In this document: in pieces, positions 62,100 to 64,000 of the stretch
Layout of the letters: every line of letters starts with the position of its first letter
Position numbering within the stretch: position 1 is the stretch's first letter
Assembly: GCA_042408595.1 (NCBI GenBank)
Contig: JBHOQX010000107.1
Location: forward strand, 36,432 to 100,431
Length of the DNA stretch: 64,000 nt
Direction of reading: 5' to 3'
From: Roseiflexaceae bacterium
GTDB lineage: Bacteria; Chloroflexota; Chloroflexia; Chloroflexales; Roseiflexaceae
The notes under the pieces: model-generated
The model's database searches: none
What the model was told of the DNA's origin: nothing
What the model saw: the letters and a program-made list of their open reading frames with translations, nothing else
Made by a program: the position numbers and the translations under genes

Positions 62100-62468
62100 A
62101 TGAACTCAGCCCTCAACCAACGTCAGGCGGTATTCGAAGAAGGTATTCGTCTCTTCAACACGGAACGCTACTGGCATGCCCATGAAGCGTGGGAGGTGTG
62201 CTGGCGCGCAGCGGGCGAGCCGGAGGCGACGCTGTACAAAGGGCTGATCCAGGCGGCGGCGGCGCTGGTACACTGGCAGCGGGGCAACCTGCGCGGGCTA
62301 CGGCAGAACTGGGCGAAGGCTCGCCCGCGGCTGCTGGCCACGAGCGACATCGTGGCCGGCCTGGACGTGCCAGCGCTGATCAGCGGGATGGATGCGCTGG
62401 TGAATGCCAGAGGCGAGGGCGCGCCGCCCATCCTCAAGCCGGCGCCGAACCTTTCGCCATTGTCATAA
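62100..62468 (+). CDS. DUF309-domain protein
   Basis: FEEGIRLFNTERYWHAHEAWEVCWR...LIQAAAALVHWQRGN is typical of DUF309. Confidence 0.6.
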   Translation: MNSALNQRQAVFEEGIRLFNTERYWHAHEAWEVCWRAAGEPEATLYKGLIQAAAALVHWQRGNLRGLRQNWAKARPRLLATSDIVAGLDVPALISGMDALVNARGEGAPPILKPAPNLSPLS

Positions 62469-62486
62469 TATACGCACAATGAAGTA

Positions 62487-62495
62487 TGCTATACT
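62487..62495 (+). promoter_or_regulatory. Extended -10 TGCTATACT inside an AT-rich inverted-repeat region upstream of the REC-HD-GYP gene
   Basis: It is embedded in GCACAATGA-agtatgctatact-CATTGTGC (9-bp inverted repeat), a possible operator. Confidence 0.4.
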
Positions 62496-62607
62496 CATTG
62501 TGCACCACGATAGTATGTGCTAGCACCGACCATAGAACTGGCCTCCCCGTATGCGGCCTCCTTTGGGCGATCACCTCTTGACAACGTGCCAGCAGGAGGA
62601 TGTACGC

Positions 62608-63600
62608 ATGCCAGCACAGATCATGGTTGTCGATGATGAGCCCGCGATCGTGACCATTCTCGAGCGCCTGCTCATGCGCGAGGGATATTCGGTTGTGACG
62701 GCGCGGAACGGGGTGGAGGCGCTGGCGAAGGTTCATGAGCACCAGCCCGACCTGATCCTGCTGGATGTGATGATGCCTGAAATGGATGGCTTCACCGTCT
62801 GCCAGCGGCTGAAGGACGACGCGCGCACCGCGCTCATCCCGATCACCATGCTGACCGGGCGGGATGACCACGAGAGCCACCGACGCGGCATCGAGGCCGG
62901 AGCGGACGATTTTCTCGCCAAGCCGTTCGAGCAGAGCATCCTGCGGGCGCGCATCCGCTCGCAGCTACGCCTCAAGCGCCTGACCGACCAGCTCGAACAT
63001 ACCGAGAATGTCATCTTCACGCTCGCGTTGGTCGTTGAAGAGAAGGACGAGTACACCGAGGGACACCTCCGCCGGCTCCAGGGGTACTCCGGACAGCTCG
63101 CCGGCGCCTGCGGGCTGGATGACACCCAGGTGCAGGCGGTGTGCTATGGCGGCATCCTTCACGATATCGGGAAAATTGGCGTCAGCGAGGCGATTTTGCG
63201 CAAGCCCGGCCCGCTGACCGTGGAGGAGATGCAGCAGATGCGTCAGCACCCGGTGATCGGCGCGCGCCTGATTCGGCAGATGCGATTCGCCCGCGAGGTC
63301 GCGCCGATCGTGCGCGGGCATCACGAGTGGTGGAACGGCGCCGGCTACCCCGACGGGCTGCGTGGGGAGGAGATCCCGATCGGCGCGCGCATTATCACGA
63401 TCGTGGATGCCTACGACGCTATGACGACCGACCGCCCCTACCGCGCAGCGCTTACCGATGAGCAGGCGATCCAACGGCTTCAGCAGGGCAGCGGTACGCA
63501 ATTCGACCCCGATCTGCTGGATGTGTTTTTCGGCCTGCTCTCGCGCGGCGAGCTGTCGCCCGTCGGCATGGACTTTGTGCAGAACGGCACGCCGGAGTAG
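62608..63600 (+). CDS. Response regulator with an HD-GYP c-di-GMP phosphodiesterase domain
   Basis: REC (IMVVDDEPAI...LLDVMMPEMDGF...LTGRDD). HD-GYP (GHLRRLQ...ILHDIGKIGV...HHEWWNGAGYPDGL...DAYDAMTTDRPYR). Confidence 0.85.
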   Translation: MPAQIMVVDDEPAIVTILERLLMREGYSVVTARNGVEALAKVHEHQPDLILLDVMMPEMDGFTVCQRLKDDARTALIPITMLTGRDDHESHRRGIEAGADDFLAKPFEQSILRARIRSQLRLKRLTDQLEHTENVIFTLALVVEEKDEYTEGHLRRLQGYSGQLAGACGLDDTQVQAVCYGGILHDIGKIGVSEAILRKPGPLTVEEMQQMRQHPVIGARLIRQMRFAREVAPIVRGHHEWWNGAGYPDGLRGEEIPIGARIITIVDAYDAMTTDRPYRAALTDEQAIQRLQQGSGTQFDPDLLDVFFGLLSRGELSPVGMDFVQNGTPE

Positions 63601-63675
63601 CTGGAACACGTATGCTGCCTGACGGATGTCGCACCCCCGCCCTTCCCCCCTGCCCGCTTGATCGGCTGCGGCGCT

Positions 63676-64000
63676 GTGTACACTGACCTTCTGCCGTATC
63701 TACGCTGTCCGGCCTGCGTCCAGCCGCTGGCGCTGCACGAGGCGACCACGGACATTGCTGGCGAGACGATCGCCGGTCGGTTGTGTTGCGCCGGCTGCGG
63801 CGCGGCGTTTCCCATCGCCGATGGGATCGCGGACATGCTCGGGCCACCGCGCCCGCCGACTATCGCCCAGGCGATCAATGAACTCCCGCTCGCCGCCTGG
63901 GGGTACGAGCGCCTGTGGCGGCCGTTCGCGTTGACGTTGCTGAGCGGCGAGCCGTTCGGCTATGGCCGCGAGCTGCTGCTGATCGCGCGGATGCTCGCCC
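63676..64000 (+). CDS. Partial 5' end of a protein with a Trm112-like zinc ribbon followed by the start of a SAM-methyltransferase-like domain
   Basis: LPYLRCPACVQPL...GRLCCAGCGAAFPIADGIADML (Trm112-like CPxC...CxxC). The start codon is uncertain (GTG 63676 or upstream TTG). It is truncated by the window end. Confidence 0.4.
   Translation, partial: MYTDLLPYLRCPACVQPLALHEATTDIAGETIAGRLCCAGCGAAFPIADGIADMLGPPRPPTIAQAINELPLAAWGYERLWRPFALTLLSGEPFGYGRELLLIARMLA

Overview
This 64 kb window has about 70% GC and looks like a contiguous bacterial chromosomal segment. The lineage is probably Chloroflexota-like or a similar high-GC monoderm-type bacterium, but it cannot be fixed from sequence alone. The evidence for that guess is MurT, a GT28 MGDG-synthase-like gene, an intein, and TACAAT/TATAAT-type -10 boxes. 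Gene density is high and there are no rRNA genes, CRISPR arrays or prophage.

The accessory content is dominated by cell-envelope glycan and glycolipid genes:
- four GT4 glycosyltransferases, one of them fused to a SAM methyltransferase;
- a GT2 translationally coupled to a GT4;
- three large paralogous GT-C-type polytopic membrane glycosyltransferases;
- a UPF0104 flippase-like protein;
- three further methyltransferases;
- a PLD/cardiolipin-synthase-like gene;
- a geranylgeranyl-reductase-family gene;
- a decayed IS4/IS701-like transposase inside the island.

The single most striking feature is a full-length mini-intein with a LAGLIDADG homing-endonuclease core. It sits in GDP-mannose 4,6-dehydratase, immediately after the catalytic Glu of the NHE|SPRRG motif.

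Other notable items:
- a roughly 1144 aa STAND-like regulator with a C-terminal SARP (wHTH+BTAD) module;
- a LuxR-HTH/TM/Kelch one-component regulator heading a small envelope operon that ends in a textbook intrinsic terminator;
- a possible structured RNA with its own TATAAT promoter upstream of apbC;
- tRNA-Leu(UAG);
- a ferredoxin / ApbC / MoaA / A-type-carrier / rhodanese neighbourhood;
- two c-di-GMP response regulators (REC-GGDEF and REC-HD-GYP);
- a recurrent extended -10 element, TG(C/G)TA(C/T)A(A/C)T, upstream of several genes.

Many long ORFs in the six-frame track are antisense artefacts of the high GC content and were not called.
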